Source: an uncultured Planctomycetota bacterium (GTDB taxonomy: Bacteria; Planctomycetota; Planctomycetia; Gemmatales; Gemmataceae). Taken from it: a stretch of DNA of 64,000 nucleotides. Shown here piece by piece: positions 21,569 through 30,300 of the stretch. Position numbers and translations under genes: made by a program. The notes below the pieces were generated by a model. That model ran no database searches. It was not told the DNA's origin and saw only the letters and a list, made by a program, of their open reading frames with translations. Numbering within the stretch: position 1 is the stretch's first letter; every line of letters begins with the position of its first letter. The stretch spans positions 1 to 64,000 of the forward strand of contig CAWKHF010000005.1 of the NCBI GenBank assembly GCA_963849325.1, in the 5' to 3' direction.

Positions 21569-22371
21569 ATGATCCTCCATGTCGATAGCCGGGATTTTCC
21601 TTAATCCCTGTTGCCAATCTTAACACAACTATAGGTTGTGGCGCAAGAGGCTGGCTGCGGGTTTTCCGCGTTGTGCTCTGCACAATAAGCGAGAGTTTCA
21701 GCGGCTCTCGGAGCGTTGCTGTGTGGCAAAGCCGCACAACCATTAGTATATGTGCGGTTACCTTCTTGGCGTTTTGGGCTGCCTTTGAGACGGATGCGTT
21801 TCGGGCGGTGAGGCGGTCATCTCCTGCATCGTTTTTTGGGTGCGCCCGCCGGGTATATCGCCCCGGATTTTCGGACGCGGGTCCCAGGGTGCGGCACGAT
21901 GCCGCAGCCTGGGCAGGACGGAAATCCGACAAGGCGGCGCCTCGTACCTGCCTTCAAGACGTGGGGGGCGTTTGGCAGGCATCTCCGACCGGATGGGACG
22001 GCTGGAACCGTTCCATTCGGCCTATGCTGTGCATAGGGGAGATGCCTGATGAGAAGTGAATGACTTTGAGTCTTCGTCATTGTGACATTTTGGGCTGCCT
22101 GGGGCAAGCAAAAGTTGATGGGGTGAGACTGTGTGGCGGGGTGCGCGGTCCCGTGTTGCAAAGCAGCAGACGACGGGCAGAACCCCCGCCCGCCAATGGC
22201 GGTGGCCGCGTTGAGAGACGGGGGATAATGCAGCCGAGCGTCGGCATGGCCTGGGCTCGGAGACTTTGGTTATTGACCTGTATTCCAGCTAACGAGCGTG
22301 GGGTGCCATACCGATAGGGGGCAGGGGTACTTACCCGCAACAGATAGCGTGGGTACGGATCGTGGTCCGGT

Positions 22372-22474
22372 ATGTGATTGCACCAGCGGTCCGGAGGGGG
22401 CGGTAGCCGCCGGTAATCCGGCCGAGCGTATGCGGAGCCCGTAGGGACGCGGTCGCCTGGATGGCGAGGTGCCC
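22372..22474. repeat. Structured repeat A, copy 1 (upstream of the dead relaxase)
   Basis: TGCACCAG..GGAGGGGGCGGTAGCCG[hairpin]CGAGCGTATGCGGAGCCC..GGTCGCCTGGATGGCGAGGTGCCC, homologous to 33162..33267. Confidence 0.9.
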
Positions 22475-22730
22475 AAGGGGTATCGGGTTTATCCTCCGGA
22501 CCAAGGGGAGGGCGAAGACGAAAGCAAGGCTACGGCGGGGAATGGGTACGGGAATGGTTACTTGCAGGGCAGGTGGGCATTCAGTCCTGTTGTCGCGGAA
22601 GGGTATAGCCACTGGCTGGCAGGCTGTCAACTGAGCCGATGGCGAGAGGCTGGACACCAGGCTGGGCGAGGGTTAGCGAGCGACCGTTAGGTGTTTGTTA
22701 ACCGATGAGCGGTATCCTGAATCTTAGGGC

Positions 22731-23852
22731 ATGAGACGGATCACGCAATATAGTAGTCCAGCATTCGTCAAGGGGTGCTACGGCAAGGCGGCCCATCACC
22801 GCCTAGGGCGAGGGATGGTGGGTTCGTGGGGCGGGAAAGGCGCTTTCCGGCTTGGCCTCAAGGGTACAGTGGACAAGTTTTCCTTCTTCCGGTTGTGCGA
22901 GAATGTGAACCCCAGGACGGGCGATGCCGTAACGGTCAGAACCCTTGCCAAACGAACTGTGGGTTACATGTTCACGTTCTCTGTGCCGAAGTCGGTCTCG
23001 CTGCTCTACGGCCTGACCGGTGATTCGGGCATCCTGGATGCGTTCCGTGCAGCGGTCGGTGAAAGCATGCGTGAGATGGAACGGGAGATCAAGACGCGTG
23101 TCCGCAAGGCGGGGCAAGATTCCGATCGCGGCACGGGAAACATGGTGTGGGCCGAACTTGTCTACGCTACGGCAGCACCGCTTCGCGGCCGTTGTGATCC
23201 GCAGTTGCATGCCTTTGTGTTTGTGTTCAACATGACCTGGGATGAACAGGAGCAACGGTGGAAGGCGGGTGCATTCCGGGATCTTAAGAGCGATGCCCCG
23301 TATTTTGAGGCGGTGTTCCGCGTTCGCATGGCGAACAAACTGCTGGGCCTGGGCTTCAGGGTAGAGCGGAAGGGGAAGAATGTCGAGATTGCCGGGATAC
23401 CTCCGGATGTTCTCAAACGGTTTTCCCGGCGGACGGAGCAGATCGATGGACTGGTACGGGAGAGGGGTATCCTATACCCGAAGGGGAAACAAGCTCTCGG
23501 GCCGAAGTGCCGGGAAAGGGCGAGAGGCATTCCGTATGGCTTGGAGATTTTGCGGGAGGAATGGACCTCGCGCCTGACTGACCAGGAACGGCAAATGGTG
23601 GCGGCGGTTTACCGGCGCGAGACGCCATACCCCCGGCAGATCAATGCAGAAGCACAGGCGGTCGATCATGCCATCGAGCATTGTTTCGTGGTGCGTGAGG
23701 CGGTGGTGCCGGAGCGTAAGCTGGTTGCGGAAGCGTTGCAACACGGGCTTGGGGCGGTGACAGTCGAGGATGTTACGCGCGAGCTGAGCATGCGACCGTT
23801 GGTCTGGAGCGAAGTTGCGGGTCGCAAAATGGCCCGATTAAACGCTGACTGA
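22731..23852 (+). CDS. MobF/TrwC relaxase paralogue, predicted catalytically inactive, no helicase domain
   Basis: Colinear with 33518.. over ~370 aa, but SYY/DYY became GCY/AHH, YDFTFS became YMFTFS, HTTSR became YATAA and LHAH became LHAF. Confidence 0.88.
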   Translation: MRRITQYSSPAFVKGCYGKAAHHRLGRGMVGSWGGKGAFRLGLKGTVDKFSFFRLCENVNPRTGDAVTVRTLAKRTVGYMFTFSVPKSVSLLYGLTGDSGILDAFRAAVGESMREMEREIKTRVRKAGQDSDRGTGNMVWAELVYATAAPLRGRCDPQLHAFVFVFNMTWDEQEQRWKAGAFRDLKSDAPYFEAVFRVRMANKLLGLGFRVERKGKNVEIAGIPPDVLKRFSRRTEQIDGLVRERGILYPKGKQALGPKCRERARGIPYGLEILREEWTSRLTDQERQMVAAVYRRETPYPRQINAEAQAVDHAIEHCFVVREAVVPERKLVAEALQHGLGAVTVEDVTRELSMRPLVWSEVAGRKMARLNAD

Positions 23853-23930
23853 AGGTTGCGCATGACCTGTGGTTTATGCTATGTATCAATTTTCGTTAGT
23901 AATTCATGAGGCACCAAGGAGGGTAAGACC

Positions 23931-24230
23931 ATGAACAAGAATGAACTGATTGAAGAAATCGCAGACAGGACCGACCTTACTAAAGCAAGGGTTACAAAAG
24001 TGGTGGATGCCTTCGTCACGGCCGTATCGAAAGCGATAGCGAAGGGCCACGATGTTCGCATTGTTGACTTTGGTACGTTTACCGTAGTACACCGTCGCGC
24101 TTCCGAAGGCCGTAATCCACGTACAGGAGCCGTAATCACGATTACTGCGCAAAACAAGCCAAAATTCAAGCCAGGAAAGGCACTGACTGAGGCGGTAAAC
24201 AAGGCATCGAAGAAAAAAGGGACTTCTTGA
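23931..24230 (+). CDS. hup: HU-family histone-like DNA-binding protein
   Basis: MNKNELIEEIA..FGTF..GRNPRTG..PKFKPGKAL signature. Confidence 0.95.
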   Translation: MNKNELIEEIADRTDLTKARVTKVVDAFVTAVSKAIAKGHDVRIVDFGTFTVVHRRASEGRNPRTGAVITITAQNKPKFKPGKALTEAVNKASKKKGTS

Positions 24231-24261
24231 AGAGTGCCGAAAGCAGCTGATAGAAGGATGG

Positions 24262-24552
24262 TCAGGGAGCAAGAGATGCTGATGCTAATTTCGTCAGATT
24301 ATTAATGTTGACCCGCTTCGGGAGACGCGGTCTGTTCCAGTCGATTTCGGCAAGGATCATGTCGCCATGGAGTGTGTATAGTGCTCGTACCAGGCCATGT
24401 GCGGATAGCAGGTCATTAAGGTATTGGCTATGCCGTTCGATGAAAGTGTCGGTGTAGGCAACAATGTCGCCTACCCGGATTGGATTGGATGGGTCGGCTT
24501 CCAGCGTAGTCATGCGAAGAGGCATGTTAGCGGCAGTGGCGGAGGCTGTCAA
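24262..24552 (-). CDS. Small hypothetical protein (SH3-like appearance)
   Basis: IRVGDIVAY..LAEIDWN..KRVNINNL; start uncertain. Confidence 0.5.
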   Translation of the reverse strand: MTASATAANMPLRMTTLEADPSNPIRVGDIVAYTDTFIERHSQYLNDLLSAHGLVRALYTLHGDMILAEIDWNRPRLPKRVNINNLTKLASASLAP

Positions 24553-24606
24553 ATGGAGTGGGAGATTGCCGGGACCTGGCGGCGCAGGCCCCGGCAGTTG
24601 CGCAAA

Positions 24607-25038
24607 TCAGCCCGGTGGTTCTCCGGCCGTTTCGGCATCGTAATGCTGGCGTGCGCAATCAAGAGCTTCGTTGAAGTCCTGATGCCTCCGGTCGGCCCAG
24701 TGCATCAGGTCGGCCAGCAGGTCTCCCAGTGCATCTTCGTACTCGGTCCCCGTGACCAGCATGAATTGGGCCAGGGCAGACGCGGCCCAGGCAGAGCGGT
24801 CATCGTTTGACCCATCCTGATCGGGCGGTAGCTCGGGCTTCTTGCGGAACTCGTTCATCTCTCCATCGAACCCGCATTCCGGGCAGCGAGTCGCGCTGTG
24901 ATCGTCCCACTCGTGATCGCCGACCGGTTCGCTCCCGTCGTCGGTGACGTCGCAGATAATGAGTGCCACAATCTTGAAGTGATCTTCTTGCCCGCATTTG
25001 GGGCAGCGGACGTTTTCCAGGCAGTTCGTATTCGTCAT
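24607..25038 (-). CDS. Hypothetical protein with zinc ribbon and helical C-domain
   Basis: CPKCG..CPECG and DALGDLLADLMHWAD; ATGA overlap with the upstream gene. Confidence 0.8.
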   Translation of the reverse strand: MTNTNCLENVRCPKCGQEDHFKIVALIICDVTDDGSEPVGDHEWDDHSATRCPECGFDGEMNEFRKKPELPPDQDGSNDDRSAWAASALAQFMLVTGTEYEDALGDLLADLMHWADRRHQDFNEALDCARQHYDAETAGEPPG

Positions 25039-25418
25039 GCTGCCCTCCCGGTCGTCTCAAGGATGACGGCTTGGGCCACTTGATGCTCGTGAAAGTGGCG
25101 TGCATAGCCGGCCGTTGCTTCGACAAGCGCCTTTAACGCCTCAAGTAGCTTCGGCCCGGCGTGCATCAGGCGGATGTGGTCGTCGGCCTTGTACGAGCCG
25201 GTGAATCGGATGCCGGTGATTCGCTGGAACGCCTCCTCGGCATACTCACGTTTGGAAAAATCGCCAATGGCCTGCACGCCTTCGCCAGGGATGTGGCCGT
25301 AGAGCGTCCACACGTCGGCCTCCTGCGGCTCGCAAATCTCGAAGTAAAACGTGCCGGGCCTCTCCGGCTCCTCGTAGCGGCGGCAGGGGCTGATTTCGTA
25401 GTTGTCGAACGGTTTCAT
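25035..25418 (-). CDS. Hypothetical protein of the ICE gene cluster
   Basis: RBS GGGAGG; ends in the AGPKLLEALKAL motif common in mobile-element proteins. Confidence 0.75.
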   Translation of the reverse strand: MKPFDNYEISPCRRYEEPERPGTFYFEICEPQEADVWTLYGHIPGEGVQAIGDFSKREYAEEAFQRITGIRFTGSYKADDHIRLMHAGPKLLEALKALVEATAGYARHFHEHQVAQAVILETTGRAA

Positions 25419-25493
25419 GCTGTCCTCCCTGTCGCTTGCGCGATGGCGGCAACCGCTTCCCTCCATGCATCGCCCTGATCGCCCTCCGAGTCG

Positions 25494-25763
25494 TCATAGT
25501 CGGCGAGCAGGTTCGCACAGGTGATGAGTGCCGCGAGCAGTCTCGGCGGCTACCGACGCAAGGGAGGGAGGACCGGATTTGAGCGATCTTTGGCAATGTC
25601 GCTCAATCTCCTCGTAGTTCTCCACATCGCCGTTGTGGTCGGCGAAGACTACGTCGTCGGTTTCGTCCTCGATCCGTTGTGCAACGGCGCAGAGGCGGTT
25701 TTCCGCAATGGATTCGTCGCCAGCGTCGATGATGACAGTGATTTGTCCAATGTATTGCGTCAT
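25494..25763 (-). CDS. Small acidic hypothetical protein
   Basis: RBS AAAGGA before MTQYIGQITVII; the 3' end may be frameshifted. Confidence 0.55.
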   Translation of the reverse strand: MTQYIGQITVIIDAGDESIAENRLCAVAQRIEDETDDVVFADHNGDVENYEEIERHCQRSLKSGPPSLASVAAETARGTHHLCEPARRL

Positions 25764-25828
25764 GGTAAATGTCCTTTCGGTTAAGTGGTCAAATGATGGG
25801 CGGCCCGTTGCCGGGCCGCCCGGTTGAG

Positions 25829-26089
25829 TTATGCGGCCTGCTGGGATTCCCTGCGGGCCTTGGCGTCGGCCTGCTGCTGGTGGAAAATCCAGGTGTGGGC
25901 CAGGTCGAGCAGCTTGGCCATCGTGAGCAAGTCGTCGGCACCGAGGCTGTCGGTTTCCTTCCACGCATCATCGCCCTGCTTGTAGCTGCGGGCGGGAATG
26001 ACGCTGTACCAGTTGCCCTTCTCGCTGTGATTCCGCCAGATGGTGACTTGCAGGACGCCCATTCTGATTTTGTGAGCTGGTTTCGACAT
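25829..26089 (-). CDS. Small putative ssDNA-binding (PC4/SSB-like) protein
   Basis: RBS AAGGAG; LQVTIWRN..WYSV..RSYK..WKETDSL..DLL pattern common in mobile elements. Confidence 0.7.
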   Translation of the reverse strand: MSKPAHKIRMGVLQVTIWRNHSEKGNWYSVIPARSYKQGDDAWKETDSLGADDLLTMAKLLDLAHTWIFHQQQADAKARRESQQAA

Positions 26090-26156
26090 GATGTTCTCCT
26101 TCTCTTGAGTTTCAGCCCCACCACGGGGCCTTACGGCAATCGACCAGAAGCAGCCA

Positions 26157-26352
26157 CAGACGGGAGCTTTTGAGGCGACGGTCAATTGCCGGGTGAGAAC
26201 GAAACGGCATTGGGCAAGGTCGGCGGCTTGCCGCCCTACCTTGCCGGCGTTTCGCAACGGAAGCCGGTGATTTACCGACCCGTCGGCTGCTTCAGAGTGC
26301 CGTCTCACTAGGCCACGGGCGGGGCTGGCTCATGCTGCGAAGGAGAACTGGC
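26157..26352. repeat. Repeat B, copy 1 (non-coding, hairpin-rich)
   Basis: Blocks CAGACGGGAGCTT..GCGACGGTCAA and AGTGCCGT-N7-GGCCACGG..GGGGCTGGCT..GAAGGAGA also occur at 29968..30120. Confidence 0.75.
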
Positions 26353-26553
26353 TAACCGGCTCGACACATCTGCCCAGGCGGGCCGCGGTCACTGGATTGG
26401 CGGGCGAGAAGGGTACGCTGCACACGGAATCATTCCTCAACGCGGCGACGGCGATGCGTCGTGAGGAGTAGGAAACCGATCCCCTGGCTGCCGGACGATA
26501 CTGGTGACTCACTAGCAGGCCGGGGCGCAGCAGCGGTGACGTGCGAAGGCACG

Positions 26554-26826
26554 TCAATAATCCTCTGGCAGCAAAACCGTGGTAACCGAGCGGTCGGCCT
26601 CGGTGATGACCCAGAAGCGATTCTTGCCAAATCCATACGCGGAAAACAGCCTCCTTCCGTCGCGCAGGGCGGCGTCGTTGGACAGCGTGTCCTCGGGGCA
26701 TAAGTCGCCCCAATCGCCGCAGGCATGGCGGCGAAGGCCGGTAAGGACCTCCTCCGTGGAAAGCCGCATGGCGGCATTTCCAGTCGTGAGGAGCTGGCCG
26801 AGCAGAAAGCGTGAAACGCGGCTCAT
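26554..26826 (-). CDS. Plasmid-related small protein (RHxxGDWGD family), paralogue 1
   Basis: FLLGQLLTT..RHACGDWGD..FSAY..FWVITEADRSVTTVLLPEDY. Confidence 0.85.
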   Translation of the reverse strand: MSRVSRFLLGQLLTTGNAAMRLSTEEVLTGLRRHACGDWGDLCPEDTLSNDAALRDGRRLFSAYGFGKNRFWVITEADRSVTTVLLPEDY

Positions 26827-27744
26827 GGGCGGCCTCCCGAGTCAGCGGCTTGCGTGCTAGCCTCGCCCGGTTGTAGCCCGTGCAGGAAATCCACGGCTCT
26901 CTGGGCGTGGGCAGCCGCCTGGAAGATGGCGCGCTTGTCCTCCTTCAGAACCTTAAGCCAATGGTCCAGATAGGCAGCGTGGTCGTCGCGTGGCTCGGGG
27001 GTGATGCCGAGGTCGCAGCAGAGGAATGCAGCCCCGATCTCGGCGACCAATTCCTCGCGGGCGTAACCCTCGTCGCCGAACTTCTTGCGGCCGAAGTCGC
27101 GGTCGAGGCGCGACGGGTGCTTCGTCCAGTGCGTCATCTCGTGGGCCAGCGTAGCGCAATAGCTCGTCGGCATCCGTGAAGGACACGAAGGGCGGCATCT
27201 GCACGTAATCGGGTTCGGCGGCATAATACGCCTGGTTTCCGCCGTGGCGGATGTCGGCCCCGGTGTTGGCGAAGAACAGGTCGGCCGCCTCGTTGCGCTG
27301 TACCGGGTCGAGCTGCGGAGCGGCGGCGGCGTAGAAGTGCGGCGGAAGCCCCTCGATCTGCTCGACGTTGAAAACGGTATAGCCCTTCATGAAGTAGATG
27401 TCGCGCTCGCTCTCCTGGCCGTCTTCAGCGGTTTCGGTCCGCCTGATGCGGTCGGCGTAGACGACCAGCGATCCCTTGGAGCCTTTCCTGACACTGGCGT
27501 TCAGTTCTTTCGCCTGCTTGAACGTCATCCAGATGGGAGCGGCGAAGTTCTGGGACATGGCTGATGCCCAGAGCATCAGCACGTTGATTCCGTTGTAGGG
27601 CTGTCCGCCCGCTCGCAGCGGACGGGTGATGCGTCCGGCGGCGTGTTCGGCGTTCCACGGCTTGAACCAGGGACGGACGCCTTTTTCGAGGTCGGCGATG
27701 ATAGCGTCAGTGACGCGGGTGTAGAGGTCAGTGCGTATGGTCAT
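26823..27744 (-). CDS. ardC: ArdC antirestriction ssDNA-binding protein with zincin-like domain (frameshift near 27165)
   Basis: DLYTRVTDAII..PWFKPW..YNGINVLMLW..WMTFKQA..YTVFNVEQ; LAHEMTHWT, YAREELVAEIGAAF. Confidence 0.92.
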
Positions 27745-27757
27745 GGTTGCCTCCCTC

Positions 27758-28039
27758 TCAATAATCTTCCGGCAACAGAACCGTCGTCGCCGAGCGGTCT
27801 GCTTCGGTGATAATCCAGAAGCGCTGGTCACCGGTGCCGTAGGCCGACAGGAACCCGCCGTTCCCTTGAGTTAGTGCGGCATCATTTTCGGCGGCATCGT
27901 CTGGGGAAACATCGCCCCAGTCGCCAGCGGCGTGGCGGCTCAAGCCTTCGTAGACCACATGGCTGTCGAGGCGTGACTGGGCATTTGCCGTGATGACGAC
28001 CTGACCCAGTGGAAATTTGGAATGAAGTATCTTGGTCAT
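27758..28039 (-). CDS. Plasmid-related small protein (RHxxGDWGD family), paralogue 2
   Basis: FPLGQVVIT..RHAAGDWGD..FWIITEADRSATTVLLPEDY. Confidence 0.85.
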   Translation of the reverse strand: MTKILHSKFPLGQVVITANAQSRLDSHVVYEGLSRHAAGDWGDVSPDDAAENDAALTQGNGGFLSAYGTGDQRFWIITEADRSATTVLLPEDY

Positions 28040-28109
28040 AAGGTGACTCCTCTTATGAATGAAAACAAGCAGTTTGAATAAAGCCTTCCTGAGCAAGGCT
28101 CTCGAAGCC

Positions 28110-29585
28110 CTGCTATGTGAAGTGGATAAGCCACGGCCAGGGCTGGAGACAGAGTTTTCAAACGACGGCCTATCACACTCTTATACGCGGGTTGGATACC
28201 GCAGGACCGTTTTTCGTCTTGGCCTTCCGGAGCCTTTCATCGTGCGTCGATTCCGTTGCGTGTAATCAACGGACCGGCTGAATGGAATCATCTCGGATTG
28301 CCTGATATAACTCTGCCCCCAGCGTTGGCCGCGGGATATGTTTGGGTAAGCTAACCCTCTATGAAGCTTTAGCCTCCTGAGTTGTGGGCGACACCATCCG
28401 GGCAATCGCCCAGAGGAAGCATGCGATTTCACGGGCTACAGCGGTAGCAACCACGTTCTGGTTCTTGCTGCGCGCGCGCATCGCACGGAACCGCTGGCAG
28501 AGTCGGACCTGCGCCTTCCAGGCGATGTCCAGTACATCTTTCGTCAGACCGTTTTGCCGAAAACTCAAGTATCTGCCTATTCGTGCGGGCAGCCTATAGG
28601 ACCAGGCACCTTCGATCAGTACGCGCCGTGCGTGCTTACTGCCTGCCTTGGTGATTGCCCCCCGCGTGACACGACTTCCTGACGAATGCTCAGAGGGCGA
28701 CAGCCCCAGATAACTGACGAGCTGCCGGGGATGGGCAAAGCGATTAAAGTCGCCGATCTCGGAGACCAGGATGACGGCAGAGATATGCGAGATGCCACGC
28801 ATCGCCTGAAATGCTTGCACGACAGGCGCGAGGGACCAACTCGGCAATAGGCCTAAAATCTGTTGCTCCAACCTGGCGAGCCGGTCCTGACTGTCCCGGA
28901 TTGCAGCGAGGTTCTCCTCGATGAGGATGTGATGGGCGGGATGGCCGAACGTCTGCTCCCGAATCCACCTGATATGCGTCTGGCTCCAGTTAGCCTTACG
29001 GGGATAAATTCGTCCGTGACGAAGCAAGAATCCCCCAAGTTGCTGACGGTATCTCTTGACGGTCTCCATCGCCGCAATGCGTGTACGCACGAGGTCGCGC
29101 ATCGCTTCATGCGCCTCATCCGGTACCCAGATCGGGGTCAGATCCCCGGCGCGATGTAGCCGCGCCAGCTCTAGTGCATCGCGGCGATCATTCTTGACGC
29201 GAACGCCTTTCTTGGTGGGCGTGTGGGATGGAGCAATGACGACGCATTCATGGCCCAAGCCAGTAAGTTGACGTTGAAGGGCATAGCCGCAGGGCCCTGC
29301 CTCGTAGCAGAAGAACAGCTTGGAGTAGTTGCCGGCGAGTTTCTTGACAAGCTTCAAGACTGCCATCGGCTCGTTGGCGATCTGGCCGTAATAGCGGACC
29401 TCGCCGTCCCGGCGATCCTCGGCGATGGCAACGGCGATTGTCTCTTTGTGCGTGTCAAGTCCGATAAATGCTGTATTCTTGGTCATGGTTTACCTCCCTA
29501 TGATTGAGTCCCTGCGGTGGACCATCCGCCGCAATACTCGTGTATCACAGCGGAGGTAAGCCACAGACGATTTCATTCATACAGC
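28110..29585 (-). mobile_element. IS110-family element; ends approximate; long 3' non-coding end
   Basis: Transposase with ~100 bp of 5' and ~245 bp of 3' non-coding DNA; imperfect subterminal inverted repeat TATGTGAAGT / ATTTCATTCATA. Confidence 0.7.
28359..29486 (-). CDS. IS110-family DEDD transposase/recombinase
   Basis: GLDTHK, YEAGPCG, KNDRRDA; C-terminal YLGLSPSEHSSG..GAITKAG. Confidence 0.95.
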   Translation of the reverse strand: MTKNTAFIGLDTHKETIAVAIAEDRRDGEVRYYGQIANEPMAVLKLVKKLAGNYSKLFFCYEAGPCGYALQRQLTGLGHECVVIAPSHTPTKKGVRVKNDRRDALELARLHRAGDLTPIWVPDEAHEAMRDLVRTRIAAMETVKRYRQQLGGFLLRHGRIYPRKANWSQTHIRWIREQTFGHPAHHILIEENLAAIRDSQDRLARLEQQILGLLPSWSLAPVVQAFQAMRGISHISAVILVSEIGDFNRFAHPRQLVSYLGLSPSEHSSGSRVTRGAITKAGSKHARRVLIEGAWSYRLPARIGRYLSFRQNGLTKDVLDIAWKAQVRLCQRFRAMRARSKNQNVVATAVAREIACFLWAIARMVSPTTQEAKAS

Positions 29586-29899
29586 CTTTCAGAAAATGAA
29601 CGGTCAGCCCCGACCGGGGCCTTCCGGCACTCCTCAAAAACCCGTCGCGCCGGTGCGTAGCGAGCCCAGCGACCGGGCAAGCTGAAAATTGGGTGGAGAC
29701 CTTCAGGGGGAACCGATTTTCTGCTTGCCCGGACCGGCGCCGGGTTTATAAGTGCCGGTAATGAAGGCCCAGGTGCGGGGTGGGTTGCCGTGAAAGAAGG
29801 AAGATGGCTGCTACTTGGCAGCATGCATTGGCGGACGCGCGTGGCCGCCCTGGCCGGGATTGTTCGTGGCTTTTGCGGCTGTGCAGGTTCTTTGGTCTT

Positions 29900-29960
29900 T
29901 TGCACCAGGGCACTGGAGGGGGCGGTAGCCGTCGCGTACTCGCGACCGAGCGTATGCGGA
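29900..29960. repeat. Structured repeat A, copy 2 (5' part only), fused to repeat B
   Basis: One mismatch to 33169..33229. Confidence 0.9.
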
Positions 29961-29967
29961 CCCGCTT

Positions 29968-30120
29968 CAGACGGGAGCTTCAGCGACGGTCAAGCGAAAG
30001 GCCGAAGGCTTCCGCTGGCGGAAAGCGGCCTTGGCAGCTTGACCCGCCCGGCGGCGGGATCATAGTGCCGTGAATGAAGGCCACGGCGGGGCTGGCTTAC
30101 GAGTGAAGAAGGAGAGTGGC
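29968..30120. repeat. Repeat B, copy 2
   Basis: Homologous blocks to 26157..26352. Confidence 0.75.
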
Positions 30121-30300
30121 CGGAAGCTGCACGCGGGCAATGGCGATGCCCATCACAAGCGATTCGGAAGGAGAGAAAGGCCCGAGCGAGGGTTATGACC
30201 GGACCGCTGATTGTCAGGACCGACGGCGCGGAGATAGCACAGCCCGCGCAATGGCAAAAGCACGATGACGCAAGCTTGCTGGACGGCAGCCCGAGCCTGT

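Noticed and set aside
21600-22370. Overlapping short ORFs here and at 39200-40100
   Set aside because: Low-complexity Arg/Pro/Gly translations in several frames; treated as intergenic regulatory DNA.
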